Assembly: GCA_951406725.2 (NCBI GenBank)
Contig: OX597832.1
Span: 43,338,001 to 43,402,000 of the forward strand
Direction: 5' to 3'
DNA length: 64,000 nucleotides
Source of the DNA: Octopus vulgaris
Taxonomy: Eukaryota
A program made the translations under genes and the position numbers. Shown here in pieces: positions 13,433-27,195 of this stretch; position 1 is the first letter of the stretch, and the number at the start of each line of letters is the position of its first letter. A model generated the notes under the pieces. The model had not been told where the DNA came from. It saw nothing but the letters and a program-made list of their open reading frames with translations, and ran no database searches.

Positions 13433-13615
13433 TTCGTGATATCTGAGATTGATAGCTTCCCAAATGATAGACTGTCGACCTCTTCAGTAATTAAGCAATT
13501 TTAAAAACATTCAGGTAGTTTATACTTCCAAATCCGATTTGTCTAGATTTGGTGATAAATGCACGCTAAGCTAATTCTGTGTTATATTGCTAATGCCTAT
13601 GGGATTAAATAGTAT

Positions 13616-14023
13616 ACTCTTACTCCTTTACTCTTTTACTTGTTTCAGTCATGTGACTGCGGCCATGCTGGAGCACCGCCTTTAGTCGAACAAATCGACC
13701 CCAGGACTTATTCTTTGCAAGCCTAGTACTTGTTCTATCGGTCTCTTTTGCCGAACCGCTAAGTTACGGGGACATAAACACACCAGCATCGGGTGTCAAG
13801 CGATGCTGGGGGGGGGGCAAACACAGACACAAAAACACACACATATATATACATATACATATATACGACAGGCTTCTTTCAGTTTCCGTCTACCAAATCC
13901 ACTCACAAGGCTTTGGTCGGCCCGAGGCTATAATAGAAGACACTTTCCCAAGGTGCCACGCCAGTGGGACTGAACCCGGAACCATGTGGTTCGTTAGGAA
14001 GCTACTTACCACACAGCCACTCC
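13616..14023 (-). mobile_element. SINE family A, near full length
   Basis: Head-to-tail match to 6628-7076 in reverse orientation, with a short-repeat tail. Confidence 0.92.
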
Positions 14024-14619
14024 GACACCTTAATTTATTTAGAGACTTGATTAAACAAAATTATATCGTATTCGTTTCGTGTGGAATGAAGAATCTTTTA
14101 CATGACAGAAGTTCGGACATGCAAAAAGTTAATTTCTACACGCAAAACCATAACGGTTTGTAGTCTTTACTCGCTGGTTTCAGGTTACAATGTACAAGGG
14201 AAGTAACCGTAGAATTTTCTTTTTAGTTATCTCCCATGGATCACTTAGCCGTTATTAAAATTTCATGATATCATTAGAAACGCTGTGATAATTAGCTTTA
14301 GATACCGTATCCCTGTCGTCTTACTCTCAGATTTAGTATTACTCAAGGCAGGGCTATCTTATTAAAGAATTCCTTTAGCACCCATGCTCAATGCCTGTGC
14401 ACCATACCTTAGTCACCAGGTTGACTAATAAATTCTAATATAAATTTGTTGAATGGAATTTGTGGGAGAGCAAGTGTGAGTGTGAGTGTGTGCAAGAGAG
14501 AGAGAGAGAAGTAAGCGAGTATCGATTAAATCGACCCCAGTGTACGTAAATAGTACTTATATGTATACACAGAGAAATCAACCTAAGTATATATATATGT
14601 GTGTGTGTGTGTGTATATG

Positions 14620-14663
<44 letters not shown>

Positions 14664-14928
14664 AACACACATATGCACAAACATATACACACGTACGCAC
14701 GCACACATATATATATACACGCGCGCGCGCACATACGCACACACATATATATGTATGTATATATGTATGTATGCATGTATGTATGTATGTATGCATGTAT
14801 GTATATATGTATGTGCGTATGTGTGTATTTATGTATGTATGTGCGTATGTATGTGCGTATGTATGTGCGTATGTATGTGCGTATGTGTATATTATGTATG
14901 TATGTATGTATGTATGTATGTGTGTACG

Positions 14929-14966
<38 letters not shown>

Positions 14967-15524
14967 TGCATAGCTGTATCAATGTATGTATTTTTACATG
15001 TAAATATTGACAGTGACTACGTATGTATGTATGTATGTGTATGCTTTCGGTGCGAATGGTTTTGTTAAGTGGTGTCGAGTTTTACAATTCTGTAAATAAT
15101 AATAATAATAATAATTGTCTTTTTTCTATAAGAAAAACGAAATTGATAGACATGGTATACTACTAAGAAGACATCTTAATTATGAGTGAACTGGAACAAC
15201 AAGAACACAACACACAGACCGACCTGGGTACTCATGTCCCGTTTATTATCCGTTTCACATTTCAGTCAGTTTTACTTTTCTGCTACTTCTAGCATTGGCC
15301 TTCACACACGCGCGCGCTCACACATACATATTAATGTTTATCGTAATGTTCAGTTATAAATAAGGAAACCTTCTTCAATTTTACATTAATATGAAAGGTT
15401 ACTCCACAATTTTGTGGAGTGCAAATTAATTATTCCTTAACAAGAATAATATTGACAGTGACTTCGAAGTTGGGTCAGCAAAGCCGTATGTTTGTATACA
15501 TGTATGCATGCATGTATGTAAAAC

Positions 15525-15848
15525 AAGAGGGGTGAAGATCCCCTTCGGTCATGAATGACCATGAAATTGCACCTAAAGGTTACCCTCCGTGACACAAGTC
15601 CGGGCAAGGTTGTTTATGGAAGACCAGCAGTCACCCATGCATGCCAGCCGCCCCTCTCCATGCCACCGATGTTAACAGACGGAAAAGCAAAAGTCGTTAC
15701 TGCTTGGCACCAGTGACGTCAGTGAACTGGAGCAACATGAAATAAAGTGTCTTGCTCAAGAACACAACACACAGCCCCATCTGAGAATCGAACGCATAAC
15801 CTTACGATTGTGAGCCTGATGCTCTAACCACAGAGCCATGCGCCTTCA
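15525..15848 (-). mobile_element. SINE family D, full length
   Basis: Minus-strand head GAAGGCGCATGGCTCTGTGGTTAG; body GACTGCTGGTCTTCCATAAACAACCTTG shared with the 6266 copy. Confidence 0.85.
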
Positions 15849-15998
15849 CATACATACATACATACATACATACATACATACATACACATACATACATACA
15901 TACATACATACATACACACACACATACATATACATACATACATACACACACACATACATACATACATACATACATACATACACACATACATACATACA

Positions 15999-16032
<34 letters not shown>

Positions 16033-16795
16033 CATACATACATGCATATGTACATTCATACATGCATACATACATACATACATATATACACACACACATA
16101 CATACATACATACATACATACATACATACATACATACATACATACATAAATACATACATACATACATACATACATACATACATACATACATACATACATA
16201 CATACATACATACATACATACATACATACATACATACATACATACATACATACATACATACATACATACATACATACATGCATACATACATACATACATA
16301 CATACATACACACATACATACATACATACATACATACATACATACATACATACATACATACATACATACATACATACATACATACATACATACATACATA
16401 CATACATACATACATACATACATACATACATACATACATACATACATACATACATACATACATACATACATACATACATACATACATACATACATACATA
16501 CATACATACATACATACATACATACATACATACATACATACATACATACACACACATATATACATACACACACACATACATACATAAATACATACATACA
16601 TAAATACATACATACATACATACATCCATACATACATATATACATATATACATGCATATGTACATACATATACATATATATATATACACACACATATATA
16701 CATACATATATTCACACACATACATACACACACATACATACATACACACATACATACATACATACATACATACATACATACATACATACATACAT
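15849..16795. repeat. (CATA)n tetranucleotide array, about 950 bp
   Basis: Seen directly. Similar arrays at 22540-23900, 24980-25520, 31570-32130 and 56545-57005. Confidence 0.95.
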
Positions 16796-17124
16796 GTAAA
16801 TGTTTGTGTCTTTTTGTCTACGTTTATCTCACAATTACCGCTTGACAACCGACGTTTGTTTGTTTATGTCACGGTAACTTTAGTGGTGTGGCAAAAAACA
16901 TCGATAAAATAAGTATCGTGCTTAAAAGAAAAGAAGAAATATAAGTACTAGGTTCAACTTGTTGGTTAAAACCTCTTTCAAAGGGATACCCCAGCATGGC
17001 CGCAGTCCGATGACTGAATCATGTAAAAGATACGATATAATAATTCAATTTTAACAGCACCGCCACCACCACCAAAATCACGTGATCCACCGGTGACTTT
17101 AACGGTGTTCGTTTTATTACAAAA

Positions 17125-17497
17125 CTTGCACTATGACCCAGCAACGCCGGGTCATAGTGCTAGTGCATGCATATACAGCTGCGTGCGTGCGCACATACAC
17201 GCAAGTACTGTCCAAATCTCCGACCATTCACATACAGCTAGCTGGCATTCAATTGGCGTATCAAGTTTCGGGCATTTTGATTGGGTTTTGGATAGAAGAT
17301 TCACAAAAAAGTCACTTCTGTTGATTTTTTTAATGGCTTTGCGGGGTGACTGGGGAAATGTAAAGATATGCACGACCACCCTTGGACGGTTTTGAATGAC
17401 CATAGAAAGTGCGAGTCCTCTAACCGAAAAATTGTGGATTTGTATAAAGGACACACACACACACAGACAGACATTTTGCCGTTTATATATAGAGAGA
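17125..17497 (-). mobile_element. Non-autonomous Helitron-like element
   Basis: Minus-strand 5' end TCTCTCTATATATAAACGGC...(TGTC)n, like the element at 61400; terminal GC hairpin and CTAG at 17125-17164. Confidence 0.75.
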
Positions 17498-17811
17498 TTT
17501 CCGACCGTATACCCGATCTCTACCCAAATCCTTTACATACATATTACAAAGGTTACGGGTACTCACCGTTCTACGTCGGTTAAGTTACAGTTTTAAAGAA
17601 ACAAAAACAAAAGAGAGAAACCTTTTAATCAGCTTAAGTAACAGTTTTAAATTGACCGGCGGCTGCGACCAGAGAGATCGGTAAAGAAATTCAAACGGTC
17701 TACGATGTCACTTCACAGCCACATCAAATGCTATTGTTATATAATAGGTTTACGAAGTGGATTATGACATAGTGCAGTATGAAGGGATAGGTATAATTAG
17801 CCTGGATCTTA

Positions 17812-17814
<3 letters not shown>

Positions 17815-17843
<29 letters not shown>

Positions 17844-18038
17844 AAATAGAGATAGAGACAGGTAGGGAGGGAGATAGAGGAGGGAGAGACAGAAGAGATA
17901 GACGAGGGGATGAGAGAAAGTGAGGGTGGAGGAAATAGAAACGGACGGATGGACAGACAGAGAGAAAGAGAAATAACAGAGAGGAAGGTGAGAGAGAGAG
18001 AAAGAGAAAGTGTAGGAAATAGAAACATATACATGAAC

Positions 18039-18077
<39 letters not shown>

Positions 18078-18470
18078 TGAGAGAGAAAGGTAGAGACAGG
18101 TAGGGAGGGAGATAGAAGAGATAGACAATCAGGCAGAGAGAAAGATACATGGTAAAAAGAAAGAGAGAGAGAGAGAGAGAGAAGGGACGAGAGAGAGAGA
18201 GAGGAGGGGGCGAGAGAGAGAGAGAGGAGGGGACGAGAGAGAGAGAGGAGGGGACGAGAGAGAGAGAGAGAGGGGAGGGGACGAGAGAAAGTGAGGGTGG
18301 AGGAAATAGAAACGGACGGATGGACACAGAGAGAGAAAGAGAAATAACAAAGAGGAGGGTGAGAGAGAGAGAAAGAGAAAGTGTAGGAAATAGAAACATA
18401 TATGAACAGAGAGAGAGAGGGGGAGAGAGATGAGAGAGATGACAGAAAGAGAGAGAGAAAGAAAGAAACA
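17815..18470. repeat. (GA)-rich tract with a duplicated block of about 130 bp
   Basis: GAGAAAGTGAGGGTGGAGGAAATAGAAACGGACGGATGGAC...GTGTAGGAAATAGAAACATATA at about 17913 and 18285. Confidence 0.9.
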
Positions 18471-18669
18471 AAGAAATGAATGTGTGTTTTCTTTGCTAAA
18501 TACGTCATCGCACCTGGTTTTTGTATTTACCTGGCGAACAAATCCTCGACGTCAACTGAACTGAAAATGCGTTTGACATCGATCTTAGAACCTTTTTTTC
18601 TTTCTAAAATAGAAACACAAATAAAGCCCTATTGATTTTTACATCACGTCATGTCAGCCGGACTCTAAG

Positions 18670-18702
<33 letters not shown>

Positions 18703-18790
18703 AAGAAGAAGAATAGAAGAAGAAGAAGAAGAAGAATGATGATAATAATAATGATGATGATGATGAGGATGATGATGGTGATGGTGATGG

Positions 18791-18874
<84 letters not shown>

Positions 18875-18899
18875 CGATGATGATGATGACGATGATGAC

Positions 18900-18936
<37 letters not shown>

Positions 18937-19009
18937 ATGATGATGATGATTATGATGATGATGGTGGTGGTGATGATGATGATGATGATGGAACAGAAAG
19001 TTGCTTGAA

Positions 19010-20570
19010 ACTTTCAGATGTCGAAAAATAATAGTAGTGATGAGGATGGTGACGAAAGTTACTTTACCTCAGTTTATGAGAGACAGGAGTTTCCGAAGAA
19101 ACTCTGATTGTAACAGGGAAAATGAAGCTGGAACTTAATGGAAGGCCTCTTGCTCGGCAGTGGTTCAGTAAAGATGTAGACTGACCACAGCTGTTATCCT
19201 AATACAACATCAGCAGATAATTGAGCAAGGAGGAGCAAGGAGGACCAGTGAAGAGAACAGGATAGTGATGCAGTGCTACTTAGAAAGGGAACCTAAAAGA
19301 AGGGGCTATAGAAAACGGACGTTACCCCTTTGGGTAGAGAAGCGAATGAGAAGAGATTAGTTGATCAAGCTAATGTTATTAGGAGAAAAAAAGTGGATGA
19401 CAGAATTGGAGGTAGAAGAGATCCCAATAGAACTGGAAACGAAAGACCAGGCAGTGAGAAAGACAAACAACAGCATAGGAGATACAGCTCAAACCAAAGA
19501 GGAATCTAAAGGAAAAAATATGGTAATAATAGCGCTACCAATAAGGAAGGGACAATTGGCACCAACGACTTATGTGATTCAAATGAGGAAAATCAGAAGA
19601 TTTTAGATGAGTTGCAGGAAGTAATGAATAAAGAAGTAAGAAAAAGATTACCAGCATTAAAAAGCACCAACAGAAGGAAGTTGCTAGAAATGACAAGGAA
19701 AGAGGATTCTGTTATTAGTAGAATAGATACTAAATATTTATTATTGATCTATGCAGGAGGGGCAGTAGTCACCAGAAGGTTATATATCTCACAGGTAAAG
19801 AGTAAAAAAGAGTAAATGTGGAAAATGAGACTACAAAATAAAGTGAAGACTTTAAGACAAGATCTGAGTAGAATAGAAGCCTGGAAAACAAACGAGTTAG
19901 GAAACAAAAAATGCAAATCATCCCTTGAGAAAAGGTACTTAGTCAAAGAGAAAGGATTTGGGACAATAATAGAAGAATTAAAACAGCGTATCATAGCAGA
20001 CAAGCTCTCCAGATATCAGAAAAGAATAGACAAGTATCAGCAGAATAGATTATTTGAGACAGAACAAATAAATAGTGAAGAACGAAGTACAGAATGTGAG
20101 AAACTTAATTAAGAAGCTAGAAAGTTCTGGAGTAATATTTGGGATAAGCCAGTCAATCATAATGGAAATGCAGGGAAGAAGTAGTGAGTGAGAAGCAGCC
20201 AGATCTAAGATTAACGAGTAATGAGTAAAGTGTTCGGGAAAATGCCGAATTGGAAGGGCCCAGGACCAGATTTAGTTCAAGGGTACTGGCTAATGAAATT
20301 CGGTAGTTTACATGGGAGGCTGAGGGAACAACTTCAGGATTGCCTTAATGGAAGAATAATACTAGATTGGATGACTAGAGGGAGGACAATACTTATTATG
20401 AAAGATAAAAGCAATGGTAATATAGCTAACAACTATAGACCAATCACTTGCTTAACATTAGTGCGGAAGCTGTTAACAAGAATGCTTTCAGAAGGCATTT
20501 ACGGGCGCCTTGACAAGTATAATTTACTGCCAGAAGAACAAAGCGACTGCAGGAAGAAGGCTAGAGAAAT
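19010..20570 (+). pseudogene. Dong/R4-clade non-LTR retrotransposon ORF remnant (N-terminus to early RT), 3'-truncated
   Basis: ENRIVMQCYLEREPKRRGYRKR N-terminal motif, QQNRLFET, and KMPNWKGPGPDLVQGYWL...WMTRGRTILIMKD...NYRPITCL...LLPEEQ. Many stops and frameshifts. Confidence 0.88.
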
Positions 20571-20579
20571 TGGATGCAT

Positions 20580-21050
20580 CTCATAATAATTTACAGAAAA
20601 AACGGCCATCATTGGTCAATTGTAAAGAAGTGTTACTCTAACAGGGTCATGTAAGACCACCATTTGAAAAAAACCCAGAGTATTCGGTGCAGTTAAGCTA
20701 GATGCGGATGAAATGTATGCCACAGATTTACTACCGAAATTAAATAGTCATTGAGAAGGTTGCTAGAAGCAACGAAGGAGCTTTGACAAACAAACAAAAC
20801 AATCGGTTATTTAATAAATGAATGGAATTGAACAAGCGTGTGTATTGATTATATTGGCATAATGACTCTTCCTAGACACAACAAAGTTTGTTTCAATCCA
20901 CGAATTCACATAAGGACTCTTGCAAACCAGATTTTTAAAAAAGAAAACGAAGTAAAACCACCACATATTAACCAAATCAACCAGCAAAATATTATGGCAA
21001 TAAATTATGGCAATAAATACGGAAGATTTTCTCCATCCTCCCCAAATATC
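20580..21050 (+). mobile_element. Probable Penelope-like element fragment (pLTR plus ORF start)
   Basis: Peptide MTLPRHNKVCFNPRIHIRTLANQIFK matches MTIPKYNNICFNTRLHIKNLAQQIFK at 61283; upstream GATGCGG...CCGAAAT motif also shared. The PLE assignment is inference. Confidence 0.55.
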
Positions 21051-21104
21051 CTGACCTTGTTCCAACTGACCATTTTCTTTCCGGACCACTTCATTTTTTA
21101 TATT

Positions 21105-21396
21105 GTTCCAGTCATTAGACTGCGGCCATGCTGGGGCACCGCCTTGAAATGTTAATAGAATGCAGTGACCCCTGTACTTATTTTTTCTTAAGCCTGGTAC
21201 TTATTCTATCAACCTTTCTTGCCGAACCGTTAAGTTACGGGGACGCAAACACACCATACCGGTTGTTAAGTGGTAGAGGGGACCTACTCAGTCACCAAGA
21301 CACATGCACACACATACACACACACACATATATACACACACACATATATACACACACGCACATACACACACATACACACACATACACACATATACA

Positions 21397-21484
<88 letters not shown>

Positions 21485-21657
21485 AAGAGCTGCTTTCTTT
21501 CAGTCTTTCAGTTTCCGTCTACCAAATTCACTCACAAGGCTCAAGGCTTTGGTCGGCCAGAGGCTGCAGTAGAAGACACATGCCCAAGGTGTCGCACAGT
21601 GGAAATGAACCTGGAACCATGTGGTTGGGAAGCTAGCTTTTTACCACAGCCACGCCT
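21105..21657 (-). mobile_element. SINE family A, diverged, with expanded internal (CA)n
   Basis: Both SINE halves flank a long CA/TA/GA tract. Confidence 0.85.
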
Positions 21658-22022
21658 GCAACATTATTTAAAGATTATTCATTGTGAAGCGGTTAAAAAA
21701 GATACTGAGAGTACCTTAGCTTTGGAAGCTGAAGAGATTTACGCCAGAGGGACCAGCAATTTTCCAGGTAGACGGGATTATGTTATCAATAATGAGGGGA
21801 ATTATTAACTTGATTAAATACATCAATTGAGCGTGAAGAAACTTTTGTTTCTTTCCCATCTTGAAATATAGCATGGCTTTCTTTCCAACAGCTAAACAGA
21901 CAGACAGGCAGGCAAGCAGACAGGCAGATAGATAGATAGGTAGGTAAGTAGGTAGGTAGGTAGGTAGGTAGGTAGGTAGGTAGGTAGGTAGGTAGGTAGG
22001 TAGGTAGGTAGGTAGGTAGGTG

Positions 22023-22116
<94 letters not shown>

Positions 22117-22263
22117 GAAGCAGATATAGAGATATGTAGATAGATAAACAGACAGACAGATAAGTGACCAGACAGACAGATATATAATACACATACACCT
22201 TTTGGAATTCAACACAAGACAGTGTGGATGGTACAATAAATAACTTACCCACACTACCAATTC

Positions 22264-22300
<37 letters not shown>

Positions 22301-22536
22301 TTCTTACATAACTGAAAAAAGCACATCAAACGTTTCCAACGCAACTCTCCTGACTTCGCCACCAAACTAAACATACAGCCAAAAGCTATTTGTTACAACA
22401 GCCAAACATCTTGCCAAACTTTAGTTTAGTCACAAGACAAATATTTATTTCATACAGACAGGCAACGGCGGAAATCCATATGACATTGCCAAAACATGTC
22501 ATATGCATTCATATTGACAAGTTGCATGTTAAACTT

Positions 22537-22626
<90 letters not shown>

Positions 22627-22653
22627 ATGTATATATGTATGTATGTTTGTATG

Positions 22654-22685
<32 letters not shown>

Positions 22686-22695
22686 AGTGTGTGTG

Positions 22696-22726
<31 letters not shown>

Positions 22727-22881
22727 ATATGTATGTATGTTTGTATGTATATATGTATGTATGTATGTATGTATGTGTGTGTGTGTATATATGTATGTAT
22801 GTATGTATATATGTATGTATGTATGTATGTGTGTGTGTATGTATGTGTGTGTGTATGTATGTATGTATGTATGTTTGTATG

Positions 22882-22914
<33 letters not shown>

Positions 22915-22943
22915 GTGTATGTATGTATGTATGAGTGTGTGTG

Positions 22944-22974
<31 letters not shown>

Positions 22975-22995
22975 ATATGTATGTATGTTTGTATG

Positions 22996-23028
<33 letters not shown>

Positions 23029-23113
23029 GTGTGTGTGTATGTATGTATGTATGTATGTATGTATGTATGTATGTATGTATGTATGTATGTATGTATGTAT
23101 GTATGTATGTTTG

Positions 23114-23157
<44 letters not shown>

Positions 23158-23902
23158 TGTACATTGCGTACAGTCACATATATACCTTTGTACGTACCTA
23201 CTACATACATAGAGGCATACATGCATAGACGCGTGCGTACACACACATGCATACACGCACACCGACGAGATACGTCACATAATGCATACATGCATACATA
23301 CATACATTCATACAAACGTACATACGTATATACAACCATACGTACATACATGCAAACATGCACATATTCAGACATACATACATATATAAACATACATGAA
23401 AACATACGTGCATACATACAAACATGTAAACGTACATACAAACGTAAAAACATACAAACATACATACACTCACACATATGCATACATATATATACATAGA
23501 TGCAAACATACATGCATACACACATATATGCATACCTACACACATGCTTACATGCATGCATACGTATACACATACATACATGCATACATACATAGATACA
23601 TACACTCACACTTATGTATACATATATATATATATATACATAAAAACATACGTCCATACACACAAAAAGCATATATATATATATACACATAAAAAGCATA
23701 CATGCATTCATACATACATATACACATACATATACGTAATGCACACATACATACATATACACACACATACAGACATACATACATACATACATATACATAT
23801 ACACATACATACCTAATGCATACATACACGCACACACATACATGCATCCATACATGTATACATACATACACACACACACACATACATATGCATACATACA
23901 AA

Positions 23903-24062
23903 CCCTATTGAGCGTAGGCCATCGATAAATTTTCCCCCCTGTTTTCGGATTGGGCTCTCTTTTCTGCCTCTCCCCAGCTGGGTCCCTACTCTGTCACTTA
24001 TGTCTCAGTATCTTCTCGGCCTTTGCTGCACTTCATTACTTTGCCCTTTGCTCCCTAGGGAG
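23903..24062 (-). mobile_element. RTE-clade LINE extreme 3' fragment
   Basis: Minus translation GPSWGEAEKRAQS...FIDGLRSIG resembles the RTE C-terminal W..A..AQ.R..W...DGL motif. Confidence 0.6.
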
Positions 24063-24579
24063 CACAGGACATTAGGAGATCCATGACAAGACATTAGGTC
24101 ATCCATGACTTTGCCCAACTATGCTCAACTCTAAGCTGTTTCTTTTCTGCTTTTCTCCAATTGGATCACTGCTTTTTCAGCTCTCCCTCTGTAGCTCACT
24201 TTCACCTATATTAAAACAGCCCTCTCTCCGTTCTCCTTAATAGGCTCGTATGTTTTCCCGAGGGAAGGCCTTCCTCTTCCAGATTTAGTTGGTTTTATAT
24301 ACTCATCAATGCTTCTGTAACTTTGCATCTTTTTCTTTTGTTCTATGCAGAGGCAGGCACTGGCCCGACATTAACCCATTTTTACTTCAGGGAAGAGGTG
24401 GTCCATATTAGTCAGGCTGCTGTTCTTTGACCTGTCCAGCGTGGGAGGCCCCACCAGGAGCTTTCATTCCCCTGCCAGAGCGCCCAGGGTTTTGAAGCAC
24501 ACAGTTCACCACTCTGCAACAAGGACTGGACCTTGTGGGGGACACATATTTCTGTGTGTGTGCGTGTGTGTGTTACTCC

Positions 24580-24980
24580 ATTACTTGTTTCAGTCATATG
24601 ACTGTGGTCATGCTGGAGCACTGCCCTTAGAAGATTTTGTCGAACAAATCAACCCCAGGATTTATTTTCTTTAACCCTAGTACTCTATCGGAATTTATTG
24701 CCGAACGCTATGTTACAGGGATGTTAACACACCAACACCGGTTGTGAAGCTGGGGGGGGGCAAACACAGACACAGAGACACATACACACACAAGATATAT
24801 ACATATATGTGTGTATACGACGGGCTTCTTTCTGTTTCCGTCTACCAAATCCACTCACAAGGTTTTGGTCGTCCCGAAGCTATAATAGAAAATACTTGCC
24901 CATGGTGTCACGCAGTGGGACTGAACCCAGAGCCATGTAGATGGAAATCAAGCTTCATACCACATAGCCACACCTGCGCC
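24580..24980 (-). mobile_element. SINE family A, diverged
   Basis: TTACTTGTTTCAGTC tail through CACACCTGCGCC head. Confidence 0.87.
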
Positions 24981-26047
24981 TATATATATGTATGTATGCA
25001 TGTATGTATGTATGTATGTATGTATGTATGTATGTATGTATGTATGTATGTATGCATGTATGTATGTATGTACGTATGGATGCATGCATGTATGTATGCA
25101 TGTATGTATGCATGTATGTATGTATGCATGTATGTATGCATGCATGTATGTATGTATGCATGCATGTATGTATGTAAGTATGTATGTATGCATGTATGTA
25201 TGTATTTATGTATGAATGTATGTATGTATGTATGTGTGTATGTATGTATGTATGTATGCATGCATGTATGTATGTATGTATGCATGCATGTATGTATGTA
25301 AGTATGTATGTATGCATGTATGTATGTATTTATGTATGAATGTATGTATGTATGTGTGTATGTATGTATGTATGCATGCATGTATGTATGTATGTATGTA
25401 TGTATGTATGTATGTGTGTATGTATGTATGTATGTATGTATGTATGTATGCATGTATGCATGCATGTATGTGTGTATGCATGTAGGTATGCATGTATGTA
25501 TGTATGTATTTATGTATGTATACTGTACATGCATAACATAAACACTTTCATACGCAAACATACACAGCAGAATTTTGCTCACGTTTCCGTCAACCAAATC
25601 CCATCCACAAGGCTTTGGGCAACAGAAAACCCGAAAAGAAGGTAATTGCTCAAAATGCAACGCAGTCGTATTGAACCCCGTTCCACCAGTTGCGAACCAA
25701 ACTCTTAGTTACGAATATCTTCTCATAGTTAAGCACAACTGCACACACACACACACACACACACATACATACATTCACACAGCCGGGAGTGTCTACCGTA
25801 TTATACAAAAGCAGAGACGTCATTTCAAAGTGAAATTTTCATATTACACAAATGATTTGTTAGCGACAGCCATTCCTTGTCTAGAATAAAGGAACAAAAC
25901 GTTCTTCCTCTATTTCTTTTTAATTCCTTTCTTTCCCTCTCTCCTTCTCTCCCTCTCTCTCTCCCACTTTCTCTCTCTCCCTCTCTCTCTCTCCCATTTT
26001 CTCTCTCTCTCTCAATATGTATGAATGTATGTATGTATGTATCTTTG

Positions 26048-26078
<31 letters not shown>

Positions 26079-26205
26079 TCGTATGGATATTCATATGCAC
26101 ATCTATTTATAAGTGTGTATATGTGTATGTATGTACGTATGAGTGTATGCATGTATGAATTTACGCATGTGCGTATGAATGCATACATGTATATATGTAT
26201 ATATA

Positions 26206-26274
<69 letters not shown>

Positions 26275-26376
26275 TTTTATAAGCTTATAAGCGATCACCG
26301 TGCAGTGACTTAAGAGTTTAATAATGGAGCATATAAAGCCCTCGACCGAAAAAAATAAATTTTTCTCGTATAGGTG

Positions 26377-26431
<55 letters not shown>

Positions 26432-26439
26432 GGGAATTC

Positions 26440-26605
26440 ATAAAAAAAGCAAGGTGGTGTAGACAACAAAGAGATGTATTAGTATAACGCTTGGGAAGTG
26501 AAAAAGTCTTTAACGTTTCGAGCCTACGCTCTTCCACAGAAAGGGACACAGAAAGAACTAAAGGAGAGAAAATAAAGAACGTGTAGTGGCTAGCGATCTA
26601 TCATG
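26440..26605 (-). mobile_element. Penelope-like pLTR fragment with a minimal hammerhead-like motif
   Basis: Homologous to 40765-40945; minus strand CTTTCTGTGGAAGAGCGTAGGCTCGAAACGTTAAAG; embedded in (TA)n. Confidence 0.65.
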
Positions 26606-26934
26606 ATATATACATATATATATTTATGAATATGTGTATTTGGGCAGGTAGATCATTTTCGATCCGAATGGTGCTCACAGAAAACAGCAAAGAAAATTTC
26701 AGTCAATTATATAACATCTAACCACTTAACTAATCGACGATGGTTTGATTAATTAACTTATTGAGAAAGTAAGGAAGGAAGGAAAGACTATGGGAAAAAA
26801 TATGACAACAACGAAGTGGGAGAGGTGGAGGGGAAAGAGAAAGCTTACTTGTGAAAATAACGAGTGTGTTTCGGTCTTATATGACCTCCACAGTGAACCA
26901 TATTCATCTCCGTTGGCTACTAAAGGTGATCGAT

Positions 26935-27195
26935 GCTTGGCTCTCCTTCGGTTTCGACGACGAGTGTTCCAGTTGAAATTAACGTGCAAGTGGCTGAGTA
27001 TTCCACGGACACGCATGTCAAGGCGATTCAGTGTGACAAAGAATGAGACAAGTACAATTCAATGTTGTCAGCTGGGGGAACCAGAGCAACCTGAAATAAA
27101 GTGCCTTGCTCAAGGACAAAACGCGCCACCGAAAATCGAACTCCTGATTTTAAGATCGTGAGCCTAATTCCTTTACCACTAAGCCATGCGACATC
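26935..27195 (-). mobile_element. Chimeric SINE: family D-like head with the tail also used at 62985
   Basis: Head CGCATGGCTTAGTGGTAAAG and GTCCTTGAGCAAGGCACTT; tail CTCAGCCACTTGCACGTTAATTTCA...CTCGTCGTC. Confidence 0.8.

Noticed and set aside
15802-16848. MYVC/HTYI-repeat ORFs here and at 22.4-23.9, 24.9-25.7, 31-32 and 56.4-57.1 kb
   Set aside because: (CATA)n and (TA)n microsatellite translations.
18736-19008. Poly-Met ORF suggestive of reflectin-like composition
   Set aside because: Pure (ATG)n microsatellite; no reflectin repeat motif.
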